Below are positions 8,628 to 16,743 of a stretch of DNA of 52,150 bases, piece after piece. The stretch's first letter is position 1. Each line of letters opens with the position of its first letter. Both the position numbers and the translations under genes were made by a program. Source of the stretch: Chloroflexota bacterium (lineage in GTDB: Bacteria > Chloroflexota > UBA11872 > UBA12225 > JAJDUF01); contig JAJDZR010000290.1 of assembly GCA_022824545.1 (NCBI GenBank), forward strand, positions 1 through 52,150. The letters are read 5' to 3'. The notes under the pieces are model-generated. The model saw only the letters and a program-made list of their open reading frames with translations, had not been told where the DNA came from and did not search any database.

Positions 8628-9899
8628 GTGCTGAACCGAGTTGATCCGCCCCGCGTTCTGTGGTCAACGGCCGAGCGGGAGCTACGGGCGTACATTGACG
8701 CCCTCGGCAGCTTTTCGCGCAACGCTCGGCTCTACCTCTGGGTGGCCTTTCTCGGCGGCTTCACCGTCGGCGTCACGCGAATCATCTTCAACCTCTATAT
8801 CCAGGCGCTCGGCTTCGACGCCGCGTTCCTGGGCCAGCTGCTCGCCGTAACGACGGCCGCCGCCGGGATCACCGCGCTGCCCGCCGGCCTCCTCACCGAC
8901 CGCTGGGGCACCAAGCGATCGCTCGTTTGGGGCAGCGTGGGCGTCGGCTGCGGCGTTTTCGGTCAGCTGGTGCTCACCACGCCGCTCCTGCTGCTCGTCA
9001 GCGGCGCGCTGGCCGGGGCCGGCGGCGCCATTGCCTTGGCCGCGCAGGCGCCGTTCTTGGCGCACCATAGCTCCCGGCGCGAGCGCACCTACCTCTTCAG
9101 CACGATGGCGGCGCTCTTTCTGGTCAGCACCATCGTCGGCAATCTGCTCGGTGGGCACGTCCCGCAATGGCTGCAAGACTCGCGGCTGGCGCTCTCGGAG
9201 GTGTGGTCCTACCGCGCCACGCTACTGGCCGCCGGCGCCGCCTCGGCCTTCACCCTGCCCGTCCTGTTCCTACTGCGCGAAACCTATCAACCGCCGGAGA
9301 CCCGGCGCTGGACTTTGACGCGCCGCAGTGCGACGGCGCTGGCCAAGCTCATCACCACCGACGGTCTCATCCGCTTGGGCGCCGGGTTGTCAATCCCCTT
9401 CCTGAATGTCTTCTTCGTGCAGGAGCTGGGTACCTCCGCCGCCTTCTTCGGCACGATGAGCGCCGTATCGCTGGGGCTGCGCGTGGTGGCCACGCTGGGC
9501 GCGCCCATCCTGGCAACGCGGCTCGGCCCGGTCCTGAGCATCGCCCTGACCCAGCTCGCCTCGGTGCCGCTGTTGCTCCTGATCGGGTTTCCACCGGCGC
9601 TGGGATTCGCCGCTGCTGCCTATGTGACGCGCAACTCGCTGATGAACATGGCCTTTCCGGTGCGCGATAGTTTCGCCATGACCATCGTGGACCGGTCGAG
9701 CCGCGCCACGGTGACGGCGGCGCTGCTGCTGACCAACAACCTGGCGGCGGCCTTGAGCACCGCCGTCGGCGGCCAGCTGATTAGCGCCTTCGGCTACCGC
9801 CCCGGCTTCCTCGGAACGGCGCTCCTCTACGTGCTCGCGGCGACCGCGTTCGCGCTACTCTTCCGCGGCCAGGCCGCGCAGCCCGCGCCGGAGAGATGA
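8628..9899 (+). CDS. MFS transporter
   Basis: 423 aa with a GTG start. It is a multi-pass hydrophobic protein with an MFS-like loop (LTDRWGTKRS). Confidence 0.75.
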   Translation: MLNRVDPPRVLWSTAERELRAYIDALGSFSRNARLYLWVAFLGGFTVGVTRIIFNLYIQALGFDAAFLGQLLAVTTAAAGITALPAGLLTDRWGTKRSLVWGSVGVGCGVFGQLVLTTPLLLLVSGALAGAGGAIALAAQAPFLAHHSSRRERTYLFSTMAALFLVSTIVGNLLGGHVPQWLQDSRLALSEVWSYRATLLAAGAASAFTLPVLFLLRETYQPPETRRWTLTRRSATALAKLITTDGLIRLGAGLSIPFLNVFFVQELGTSAAFFGTMSAVSLGLRVVATLGAPILATRLGPVLSIALTQLASVPLLLLIGFPPALGFAAAAYVTRNSLMNMAFPVRDSFAMTIVDRSSRATVTAALLLTNNLAAALSTAVGGQLISAFGYRPGFLGTALLYVLAATAFALLFRGQAAQPAPER

Positions 9900-9903
9900 C
9901 GCA

Positions 9904-9995
9904 GGCCCCCTATGGCCCTCCGCTGCGGCGGGGGGACGGCATGTTCCCTCCCCCGTCGCAACGGGGGAGGGTTAGGGTGGGGGCCGGGGGTTAGG
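9904..9995 (+). repeat. Composite element: family B (reverse) + family A, filling the whole convergent intergenic gap
   Basis: The sequence is ggccccctatggccctccgctgcggcggggggacgg-catg-ttccctcccccgtcgcaacgggggagggttagggtgggggccgggggttaggtc. Confidence 0.75.
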
Positions 9996-10475
9996 TCAGA
10001 CGCGCCCCTCATAACCCTCGTCCGCCGGTAGGTCCGGCTGCCCGGCGGCGGCCTTGGCCAGCTCGTCGCAGCGCTCGTTCTCCGGGTCGTTGGCGTGGCC
10101 CTTCACCCAGCGGAACGTAACGTCGTGCTCCGCGCAAAGCGTCAGCAGCCGTGCCCACAGGTCGGGGTTCTCGGCGCGGTCCCGCTTGTTGCGCTTCCAG
10201 CCGTTCGCCCGCCACTTCGCCGCCCAGCCCTGCTCCACGGCGTCAACCACGTACTTCGAGTCGCTCAAAAGCCTGACCCGACAGGGCTGCTTCAGCGCCT
10301 CCAGCGCCACTATCGCGGCCAATAGCTCCATGCGATTATTCGTCGTCAGCCGAAAGCCACCGGATAGCTCCTTCCGGCGGTTGCCGTGGATGAGCACGAT
10401 GCCGTAGCCCCCAGGCCCAGGATTGTCAAAACAGGCCCCGTCGGTGTAGATCACGACGTACTTGGTCGGAGTCAT
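9996..10475 (-). CDS. rnhA: Ribonuclease HI
   Basis: 159 aa. Motifs seen: [30 protein letters not shown]. It starts 9 nt after the stop of the upstream YfhO-like gene. Confidence 0.9.
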   Translation of the reverse strand: MTPTKYVVIYTDGACFDNPGPGGYGIVLIHGNRRKELSGGFRLTTNNRMELLAAIVALEALKQPCRVRLLSDSKYVVDAVEQGWAAKWRANGWKRNKRDRAENPDLWARLLTLCAEHDVTFRWVKGHANDPENERCDELAKAAAGQPDLPADEGYEGRV

Positions 10476-10484
10476 ATTCGCTCG

Positions 10485-13136
10485 TTAGGAGTGTAGTCGT
10501 CGCCGCCGGCCGAGCAGCCCGGCCAGCACGAGGGCCGCGCCGAGCACGCCCCATGCGGCACCGCTCACGGTCCGGCCGGTGGCGTAGCCGGGTGGATCAT
10601 AGCTGAAGACAACCTCATGCCGGCCGGCCGGCACGGCCACCGCCCGGACGAGATAGTTCGCACGCAGTACGGGCGTGGGTGCGCCATCGAGCGTCGCCGT
10701 CCAGCCGGGAAACCAGGCGTCGGCGAGCACCAGCCAGGCATCCGTTGCCGCCTCGACCGCAATCGCTATCCGCTGCGGCCGGTCGCTCGTCAGCCGCGCC
10801 AAGCTAGGAGTGCTTTGATTGCTGGCTGGCCGGGAGCGTGTTCCCTCCCCTGGAGCTTGCTCCGGGGGAGGGCTAGGGAGGGGGCCGGATGCTACCCCCT
10901 CCAACACCACAATCCGACGCGGGTTGAAACTCGGCGCGGCGACCGCTTCCCAGGCAGCCTCCGCCGAGCCGACGGTACGCGCGGCCGGGACGAGGTAGGC
11001 CCGCGGCTGCGCGCGGCTATTGACCCACACCTCCATCGAGCCGGCGTTCGGGCCGCTATCCAGGGGACGCCAACGATGCATGTCCAGGTGCGGCTTCTTC
11101 AGCGCGTCGCGGGAGAGCACCAGATACCGGACGGCCAGCGCCTCCAGCAGTCCTTGTGGCAGCTGCCCCGGCGCAAACTGGGGCTGCGGGAGCCGTACCG
11201 GCACCGCCCGCTCCGAGTGTATCGCGGCGGACAGCACCGCCTGGCGCACCGACAGTAAGTTTTCGTAGCCAGCGAGCTGCGGCACACGCGCAGCCAGCCC
11301 CCAGTTCGGCGTCACGCCGGCGCGCTGCAACGCAAATGTGGCGGCCGGCGCATTGCCCTGCGCCGCGAGCGTGGCGAGGTTCAGCTCATACGCCGCCGCC
11401 CGCAGCTTCCAGCCCACCACGCGGGCAGTGCCCTCACGGAGACCGGGCAGCGCTGCAACCTGTGCCAACTCATCAACGCCGGCACTGGACGGGACCGTGG
11501 GAAAACGCGACCACATGAACAGCACCAGCGGCACGCTGACGACGGCCAGCATGACGACCGGCTGTCCGCGTCGTGCCCGCGTCCGCTGCGACCATAACCA
11601 CCACCACACCACCGCCACGAGACCGGCCAGCGGACCTAGTACCGCAAGCTGGCGGGGGTCGAGGGCGCGTTGTGCTCCGGTCAGATAGGCAGCAAACGTG
11701 GTCGCATAACGCTCGGCGCTGAAGGTGCGGGTCGGATCGTCGGCCAGGCGTTGGGCGAGCGGCTGTCCGACCTGCTCCAGCAGGATGTCACGTCCGAATA
11801 CGAGCGCGCCGGTGCCGACGAGATGCCCGACCACGATCAGGACCACTGCCAGCAGTGCCAGCCGCGACCACCAGCCGCGGCCGCGGGAGGAAACCGCCTG
11901 TGCTGCCTTCCCGGACGCACGCCACGCATCGTAGCCGTCCGCAGCGAGCAGCGCAGCGGCGAACACCCAGAGAATGAGCCAGCGCGTCGGGTCGCGGAAG
12001 AGCGCAAAGCCGGGCACCTTGAGCAGCAGCGGGTAGAGCGGTGTGAAGCTACCGCAGGCCAAGATGAGGCCAGCACCGCCGAATACCAGCAGCAAGACCG
12101 TCCGGCCAGGAAAATCGCTCGTTCGCCAGCGCCACACCGCATAGCCGGCGAGCACCAGCGGCACGAGGCCGACATAGGCAACCCACGTCGGCGAGAGCAC
12201 CGGCAGCACCTCCAACCCCGGCAGCACCAGCCCGGCGGCCAGCGCCCATGGCGCGGCGGAGCCGACCGCCGCCGCCACGACCTCCAACCCCTGCCCACGC
12301 GGCGAGAGCGCGGCCACTTCGAGCGTGGGCACGATACGGATCGCTGCCAGCGGCAGGGCCGCCAATCCCGCGGCCAGCAAAGCCACCGGCGCTATCCATA
12401 TGCGCCACACCGCCACTCGCGGCTCGTGGCTGGTGGCCGCTGACCGCTGGCCGCTGACCACTGACCACTGGACTGCGGCCGTCGTGACTACGGCGTAGGC
12501 TCCAGCGCCAACGCACACCAGCACGACCAACTGTGGGTGCCCGGAGAGGGTGATGAGACCGACCGCGGCTGCGGCAAGCAGCCCGCGGAGTAAGAGCGGC
12601 CGCCAGGCGACTCGGTCCGCGTTTGCGGCGGCGCGGCGCAGGCCATCCGCGCACCAGCAGAGGAATGGCAGCGCCCAGAACACCGTCCCGAAGTTCAGGA
12701 GCGCGGCGCCGCCGGCCACAGTCCCACTCAGTTGATAGATAGCGCCGGCGATCCCGGCAGCGGCCGGGGACCGGCCCCACGACCGCGCCAACCCGTAGGT
12801 CGCAATGCCCGCCGCCGCCGCGTGTAATGCGACGGATACCCAATAGCCGCGCGGACCGGGTGCGGCGAGCAGCGCCAACCAGGTGGGCGGGTAGAGCCAG
12901 CCGTACTCGGTAAAGGCCAGCGGGAAGCCGGTGAGCAAGTGCGGCGTCCACAGCCACAGTTCACCCGTCCGTAGCCCATCGGCCAGCCAGAGGTGGGCCG
13001 GGAGATAGGCCAGGAAGACGTCGGCATTGACCGAGAGCCGGTCGAAAAGCAGTAGCGGCGCGTAGGTGATGATGGCCAGTCCCACAAAGCCGCCAGCCGC
13101 CAGCACACCCGGTCGAATCGGGATGGCACTACTCAC
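10485..13136 (-). CDS. YfhO-like polytopic membrane glycosyltransferase (GT-C type)
   Basis: I trimmed the ORF-track frame 10485..13466 to GTG 13136 (VSSAIPIRPG...). That GTG overlaps the upstream stop as GTGA. The protein has many TM helices and the YfhO-type C-terminal signature (FPGWTATLDG...ANYLVRAVAVPAGRHEVVFSYDPPGY). It contains an in-frame repeat element at 10840-10888. Confidence 0.7.
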   Translation of the reverse strand: MSSAIPIRPGVLAAGGFVGLAIITYAPLLLFDRLSVNADVFLAYLPAHLWLADGLRTGELWLWTPHLLTGFPLAFTEYGWLYPPTWLALLAAPGPRGYWVSVALHAAAAGIATYGLARSWGRSPAAAGIAGAIYQLSGTVAGGAALLNFGTVFWALPFLCWCADGLRRAAANADRVAWRPLLLRGLLAAAAVGLITLSGHPQLVVLVCVGAGAYAVVTTAAVQWSVVSGQRSAATSHEPRVAVWRIWIAPVALLAAGLAALPLAAIRIVPTLEVAALSPRGQGLEVVAAAVGSAAPWALAAGLVLPGLEVLPVLSPTWVAYVGLVPLVLAGYAVWRWRTSDFPGRTVLLLVFGGAGLILACGSFTPLYPLLLKVPGFALFRDPTRWLILWVFAAALLAADGYDAWRASGKAAQAVSSRGRGWWSRLALLAVVLIVVGHLVGTGALVFGRDILLEQVGQPLAQRLADDPTRTFSAERYATTFAAYLTGAQRALDPRQLAVLGPLAGLVAVVWWWLWSQRTRARRGQPVVMLAVVSVPLVLFMWSRFPTVPSSAGVDELAQVAALPGLREGTARVVGWKLRAAAYELNLATLAAQGNAPAATFALQRAGVTPNWGLAARVPQLAGYENLLSVRQAVLSAAIHSERAVPVRLPQPQFAPGQLPQGLLEALAVRYLVLSRDALKKPHLDMHRWRPLDSGPNAGSMEVWVNSRAQPRAYLVPAARTVGSAEAAWEAVAAPSFNPRRIVVLEGVASGPLPSPPPEQAPGEGTRSRPASNQSTPSLARLTSDRPQRIAIAVEAATDAWLVLADAWFPGWTATLDGAPTPVLRANYLVRAVAVPAGRHEVVFSYDPPGYATGRTVSGAAWGVLGAALVLAGLLGRRRRLHS
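10840..10888 (+). repeat. Family A element inside the YfhO-like CDS (in frame)
   Basis: The sequence is gttccctcccctggagcttgctccgggggagggctagggagggggccgg. It is translated as SGPLPSPPPEQAPGEGT. Confidence 0.65.
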
Positions 13137-15037
13137 AGTACGTACTCGATCTGCGCTTCCAACGGAGCGGCGAGCAGCCGCCGCGGGAATTCGAGGTGGC
13201 GCACGTTGCCATGCACCGCCGGCCGGGCGTCTGCCAGCGCGGCCGGCTCGGTGTGCAGCGCCCTCGCCGCTGCCGGTACTGCATAGAGCAGGCGGCGCAA
13301 CGGCGCCTCTACCGAGATCACCTCCCGCACTCGCACGGCGCCGTTCTCGACGGAGACTTGGCGCCGCACGGTCACGCCTGCGAGCGGCTCGCCGTCGCGC
13401 CGTGCCGGCCGGACCGTGCCTTGCACCCCGTCCGGTAGCAGCGTCGGCGCGGCGTCGAGCGCCCAATGCGTTGCATAGACCTCATCCCAAGCGTGCCAAA
13501 GGGGGCGTAGCCAGCCGCGCCAGAGCGTGCGGACCGCCGCGCGAAACGCTCTCTGTCGCCGGCGGATGCGGACAACGAAGAGCCATTGGCGTAGCTCCCG
13601 GCCGGGATGATTGGCCGCCAGGAACGCCCGCACGGCCGCCCGCCTCCGGCGCCGCCGCGGCCAGCACGTCAGATTGCCGGGGCTGATGGGCGCCTCCCGC
13701 GCCGGCGCAATCATGTCCTCCCAGCCGCCGGACGTGTGACCGGCGTAGAGCAAGCTCCCACCGCCGACACCACCGCCATACAGCACATTGGCCGGCCGCT
13801 TGCGTGTCCGCAGCAGCGCCACCGTCTCGGCCGTCTGAAGACGCACCAGTCCAGCCTCCGCAAACACACGCACCCGCCGCGACTCCCCTTCCCTGAAGGG
13901 AAGGGGCCGGGGGTTAGGTCCAACGCCCCCGTCAGAGCCGGGCGGCGCCAAGATCAGTGCAGCCAGCCACGCGGCATCGGCAGCGTGGAAGTCCGGGCAG
14001 ATGAAATCGTCGCGGCCGGCCGGCGCCCGACAGGCCAGCACCATATTCGCTAGATGCTGCCGCCAGACGGCATATGCCTGCTCCGCCAGCGTCTTCAGGG
14101 AGTTGTCCGCAAACTGTGCCGCGCCGTGCAGCAGCGCGTACATGTCGAGCGGGTGACTCCCGACTTCATGCGGGCCGGCCCAGAACCAGCGCTTACCCTC
14201 CAGCGCCGCGCATTTTGTCCCGGTGGGCGTATACGTCGCTGCCAGGAAATCCAGGCCGCGGCGGAGGGCTGCCAGCGTTGGCCCGCAGACCGTGCCTGCA
14301 TCTTCACCGAGCATCGCCAGGGCGTGCCACAGATAGGTCAGTATCCGCGCCTGGTAGTAGACTGAAACGTCCGCCGCGCCGGGGTGGAGACCGAAACGGT
14401 CCGGCTCCGGGTGATAGGGAAATGATCCATCGGTGTGCTGCTCCGTGAGGGACCGCTCGATACTCGCGTGTACGGCGGCAAACCAGGTCGGCTCGCCCAG
14501 CGCACGCGCCGCGGTCGCCAGGCCCATCGCCCCCCACAGCCGTTGATTGGTGACCTCTTTCGTCACCGCCGCGTCGGCGAGGTAGGTGGTCGCATTGCGG
14601 CGCAGTGCCTCTACCAAAAGCTCCCGCAGCGTAGCGTCGAGCATATCGTCAGCATGGAGCAGCAAGGTGCCTAAGCAACGGGCACACTCGCCGCTGTCAA
14701 TGACGTTGTTGGAGCAGTTATAGGGGTCCAGACGCCCCGGCGCGAAAATCCACGCGCCGTGCTCCGGGTCACGCACCAGGCGTGCGACCACGCGCCGAGC
14801 GCGCCGCTGCGCCCGCTCCCAATAGCGGCCCTGGCCGGTGATCCGCTGGAGCGCCAAGTCAACGACGATGGAAGTGGCGGTGCGCGCCGTGTGCTCGACC
14901 CCGTGGACAGCACAGCGCGTCTCGCCACTAGGTACCGTCCGCTGCACCCAGTAATCGGAGACGCACGCCAGCACCGGCCGGTAGGGGTATCCCTTGTGGG
15001 TGCCCTGTTCAGCACGGTCGGACGCTGGCGCGGTCAC
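13133..15037 (-). CDS. Hypothetical protein, 634 aa, no confidently recognised family (helical N-terminal half, beta-rich C-terminal half)
   Basis: The frame is long and open with a protein-like composition. The start is ambiguous: GTG 15037 (GTGA overlap with the upstream stop), ATG 15070, or GTG 14974 downstream of the repeat at 14981-15005. It contains an in-frame repeat element at 13885-13920. Confidence 0.55.
   Translation of the reverse strand: MTAPASDRAEQGTHKGYPYRPVLACVSDYWVQRTVPSGETRCAVHGVEHTARTATSIVVDLALQRITGQGRYWERAQRRARRVVARLVRDPEHGAWIFAPGRLDPYNCSNNVIDSGECARCLGTLLLHADDMLDATLRELLVEALRRNATTYLADAAVTKEVTNQRLWGAMGLATAARALGEPTWFAAVHASIERSLTEQHTDGSFPYHPEPDRFGLHPGAADVSVYYQARILTYLWHALAMLGEDAGTVCGPTLAALRRGLDFLAATYTPTGTKCAALEGKRWFWAGPHEVGSHPLDMYALLHGAAQFADNSLKTLAEQAYAVWRQHLANMVLACRAPAGRDDFICPDFHAADAAWLAALILAPPGSDGGVGPNPRPLPFREGESRRVRVFAEAGLVRLQTAETVALLRTRKRPANVLYGGGVGGGSLLYAGHTSGGWEDMIAPAREAPISPGNLTCWPRRRRRRAAVRAFLAANHPGRELRQWLFVVRIRRRQRAFRAAVRTLWRGWLRPLWHAWDEVYATHWALDAAPTLLPDGVQGTVRPARRDGEPLAGVTVRRQVSVENGAVRVREVISVEAPLRRLLYAVPAAARALHTEPAALADARPAVHGNVRHLEFPRRLLAAPLEAQIEYVL
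13885..13920 (+). repeat. Family A-like element inside the 634-aa CDS (in frame)
   Basis: The sequence is ccccttccctgaagggaaggggccgggggttaggtc. It shares the ggggccgggggttaggtc tail with 9978-9995. It is translated as GPNPRPLPFREG. Confidence 0.6.
14981..15005 (+). repeat. Family E element GTAGGGGTATCCCTTGTGGGTGCCC
   Basis: It lies in the 5' end region of the 634-aa gene and bears on the choice of start codon. Confidence 0.7.
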
Positions 15038-16410
15038 TTGCGGTACACGGCCAATTGGAGTTTGCTCCACGGTTCGAGCAGCCGGTGTAATGGCCGAGTG
15101 AGGCTGTAGAGCGTCTGGACCGGATACTGCGCGTAGGCGAGCGGCGGACGCAGTGCTCGTACCCGATGCCGGGCCTCGTCCTCCGGCGGCAGCGGGAAAT
15201 GGCTGGCTCCACGCTCGCGGCGGAAGCCCACGTTGGCCAGCCCCCGCATCACGTCGCGCGGGGCCAACGGCACAAACGGACCGAGCGATGGGTCGGTCCC
15301 CAGGACGTATTGCACGTCGCGTCGGCCCAGGAGCCAGCGGATCGGTTGCATCAACGCGAAGTACGAGTGCCGACTGATGTGTGCGAGGATCAAGGCCCCG
15401 CCCGGCCGCAGCACGCGATGGGCCTCGGTGAGCAGCCGCAGCCGCTCCGGTGGGGGCAGATTTTCGAGGCGGAAGATGCAGGTCACCACGTCCACGCTGG
15501 CATCCGGCAGGTCAATCCGTCCATCGTAGTGGTGCGATTGGGCCGGGCGCGGCAATCGGCGCTGGGTAAACTGGGCGGTCTGCTCGGTCAGCTCGATGAA
15601 GTGAACGTCGGCATCGGGCGCTGCCGGCATCAGCTGCTCCAGGTACAGACCGGTGCATGGCAGCAGATCGAGCCACACACGCGGATTCTCCATACGTAGG
15701 GCTTCCTGCCCGAACCGGGTCACGACCTCGAACTCCGAGCGGATCGGCTTATTGTATTTCGGTCCGGCGCGAATGCGGGCTTGCTGATAGTCGGCGACCT
15801 GAGCCAGGGTCCAGTCGCGCGGATTGGGTGACGATGGCAGGCGTGGGCGGGGATGATACTGCTCCCAGTGCGTCATATGCGAGGGATCGCGCCGCGCCGG
15901 TGCCCCCGGCTGCTCGGCCGGGTACCCGAAGAGCACCGTGGCCAACACCTCTACGTCGTCGGGCAGGCGCAGGACCGCGTGCAGCTTGGCGCGGTCATGG
16001 ATGGTGGCCTGCCAAAAGCCGCCGAGACCGAGCGAATGGCCCTGGAGCAGCATGTTCATGATGGACGCCGACGCGCCCTGAATATGGGCAAAGCTGCCCT
16101 CGGAGAACCGCGTGTTGTAGCAGACGAAGATCAGCACTGGCGCCTGGGTGGCGAACGGCACGGCATCTTCGAGCTGCTGCCGCGTCGCCTCGTTGGTGAC
16201 AACGACGAAATCCCACAGCTGCATGTTGCACGCGGACGGCGCCCAGAGGGCCGCTTCGAGGAGTTCGTTGATGAGTTCTTCCCGCACCGGCCGGTCCGGC
16301 AACCAGCTCCGGATTGTGCGCCGGGTGCGGATGGCATCGCCGACGCTCATGGGCGGCCCATTGGCCCGTGCGGTAGTCTCCGGTGTCACGGATTCGACTG
16401 TGGCACTCAT
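15034..16410 (-). CDS. Fusion protein: nitroreductase-fold flavoprotein domain + class I SAM-dependent methyltransferase domain
   Basis: The N-terminal half has RTIRSW, WAPSACNMQLWDF and LFGYP, typical of the nitroreductase family. The C-terminal half has VVTCIFRLENL and LRPGGALILAH, typical of the methyltransferase fold. I chose the start at ATG 16410 (MSATVES) because GAAAGAAGGG lies 9 nt upstream. The ORF track begins at 16446. Confidence 0.75.
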   Translation of the reverse strand: MSATVESVTPETTARANGPPMSVGDAIRTRRTIRSWLPDRPVREELINELLEAALWAPSACNMQLWDFVVVTNEATRQQLEDAVPFATQAPVLIFVCYNTRFSEGSFAHIQGASASIMNMLLQGHSLGLGGFWQATIHDRAKLHAVLRLPDDVEVLATVLFGYPAEQPGAPARRDPSHMTHWEQYHPRPRLPSSPNPRDWTLAQVADYQQARIRAGPKYNKPIRSEFEVVTRFGQEALRMENPRVWLDLLPCTGLYLEQLMPAAPDADVHFIELTEQTAQFTQRRLPRPAQSHHYDGRIDLPDASVDVVTCIFRLENLPPPERLRLLTEAHRVLRPGGALILAHISRHSYFALMQPIRWLLGRRDVQYVLGTDPSLGPFVPLAPRDVMRGLANVGFRRERGASHFPLPPEDEARHRVRALRPPLAYAQYPVQTLYSLTRPLHRLLEPWSKLQLAVYRK

Positions 16411-16603
16411 CGCGGCAACCCTTCTTTCGCCAGGATGACTGGCCAAAATCGCAGAATATAATCGTCACCGCTGCGCTGCGGTTTTGACCAGCCAGAACGA
16501 CGGCCGGCCGGCCGATGCCGAGCGACACGCTCTTGTTGCACTGGTCGCTCTACACCTACCCGCCGGTCGCCTCCATCATAGCATGGCGCATCCACCTCAA
16601 CCT

Positions 16604-16701
16604 CCGGCCCCCTCCCTAACCCCTCACAGGGGTAGTTTTTTGTGTGGGCCTATGTACCTCCCCGCGTCCCCCTGCTGCAGCGGGGGGACCATAGGGGGGC
16701 C
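16604..16701. repeat. Mosaic: family A tail (reverse) + family C (CACAGGGGTAGTTTTTTGTG) + family B
   Basis: The sequence is ccggccccctccctaacccc / cacaggggtagttttttgtg (16625-16644) / cgcgtccccctgctgcagcggggggaccataggggggcc. Confidence 0.7.
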
Positions 16702-16743
16702 AGAGGCGAACAGGCGCAGCGACTGCTCGTGGGCCGCGGCACT

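Noticed and set aside
13137-13466. 110-aa N-terminal extension of the YfhO-like ORF, and similar extensions at 3267-3467, 18397-18729, 34432-34530 and 20073-20261
   Set aside because: The extensions overlap the upstream gene or translate repeat elements, and they are Arg/Ala-rich. Internal starts with GTGA/ATGA coupling or a good RBS, together with paralog-matched N-termini, explain the genes better.
16435-16462. Plus-strand promoter-like ATGACT-16-TATAAT overlapping the 5' end of the nitroreductase-MT gene
   Set aside because: It would drive transcription into repeat elements and then antisense to the glycosyltransferase. No plus-strand gene follows. It is most likely a chance match, or the AT-rich patch serves the minus-strand gene. 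I could not define a convincing minus-strand -35/-10 pair either.
16604-16701. Clusters of similar GC-rich repeats (also 24707-24840 and 40836-40955) as possible CRISPR arrays
   Set aside because: The units belong to different families and are themselves palindromic. They are not separated by uniform-length spacers. They occur singly or in twos or threes, and no cas genes are present.
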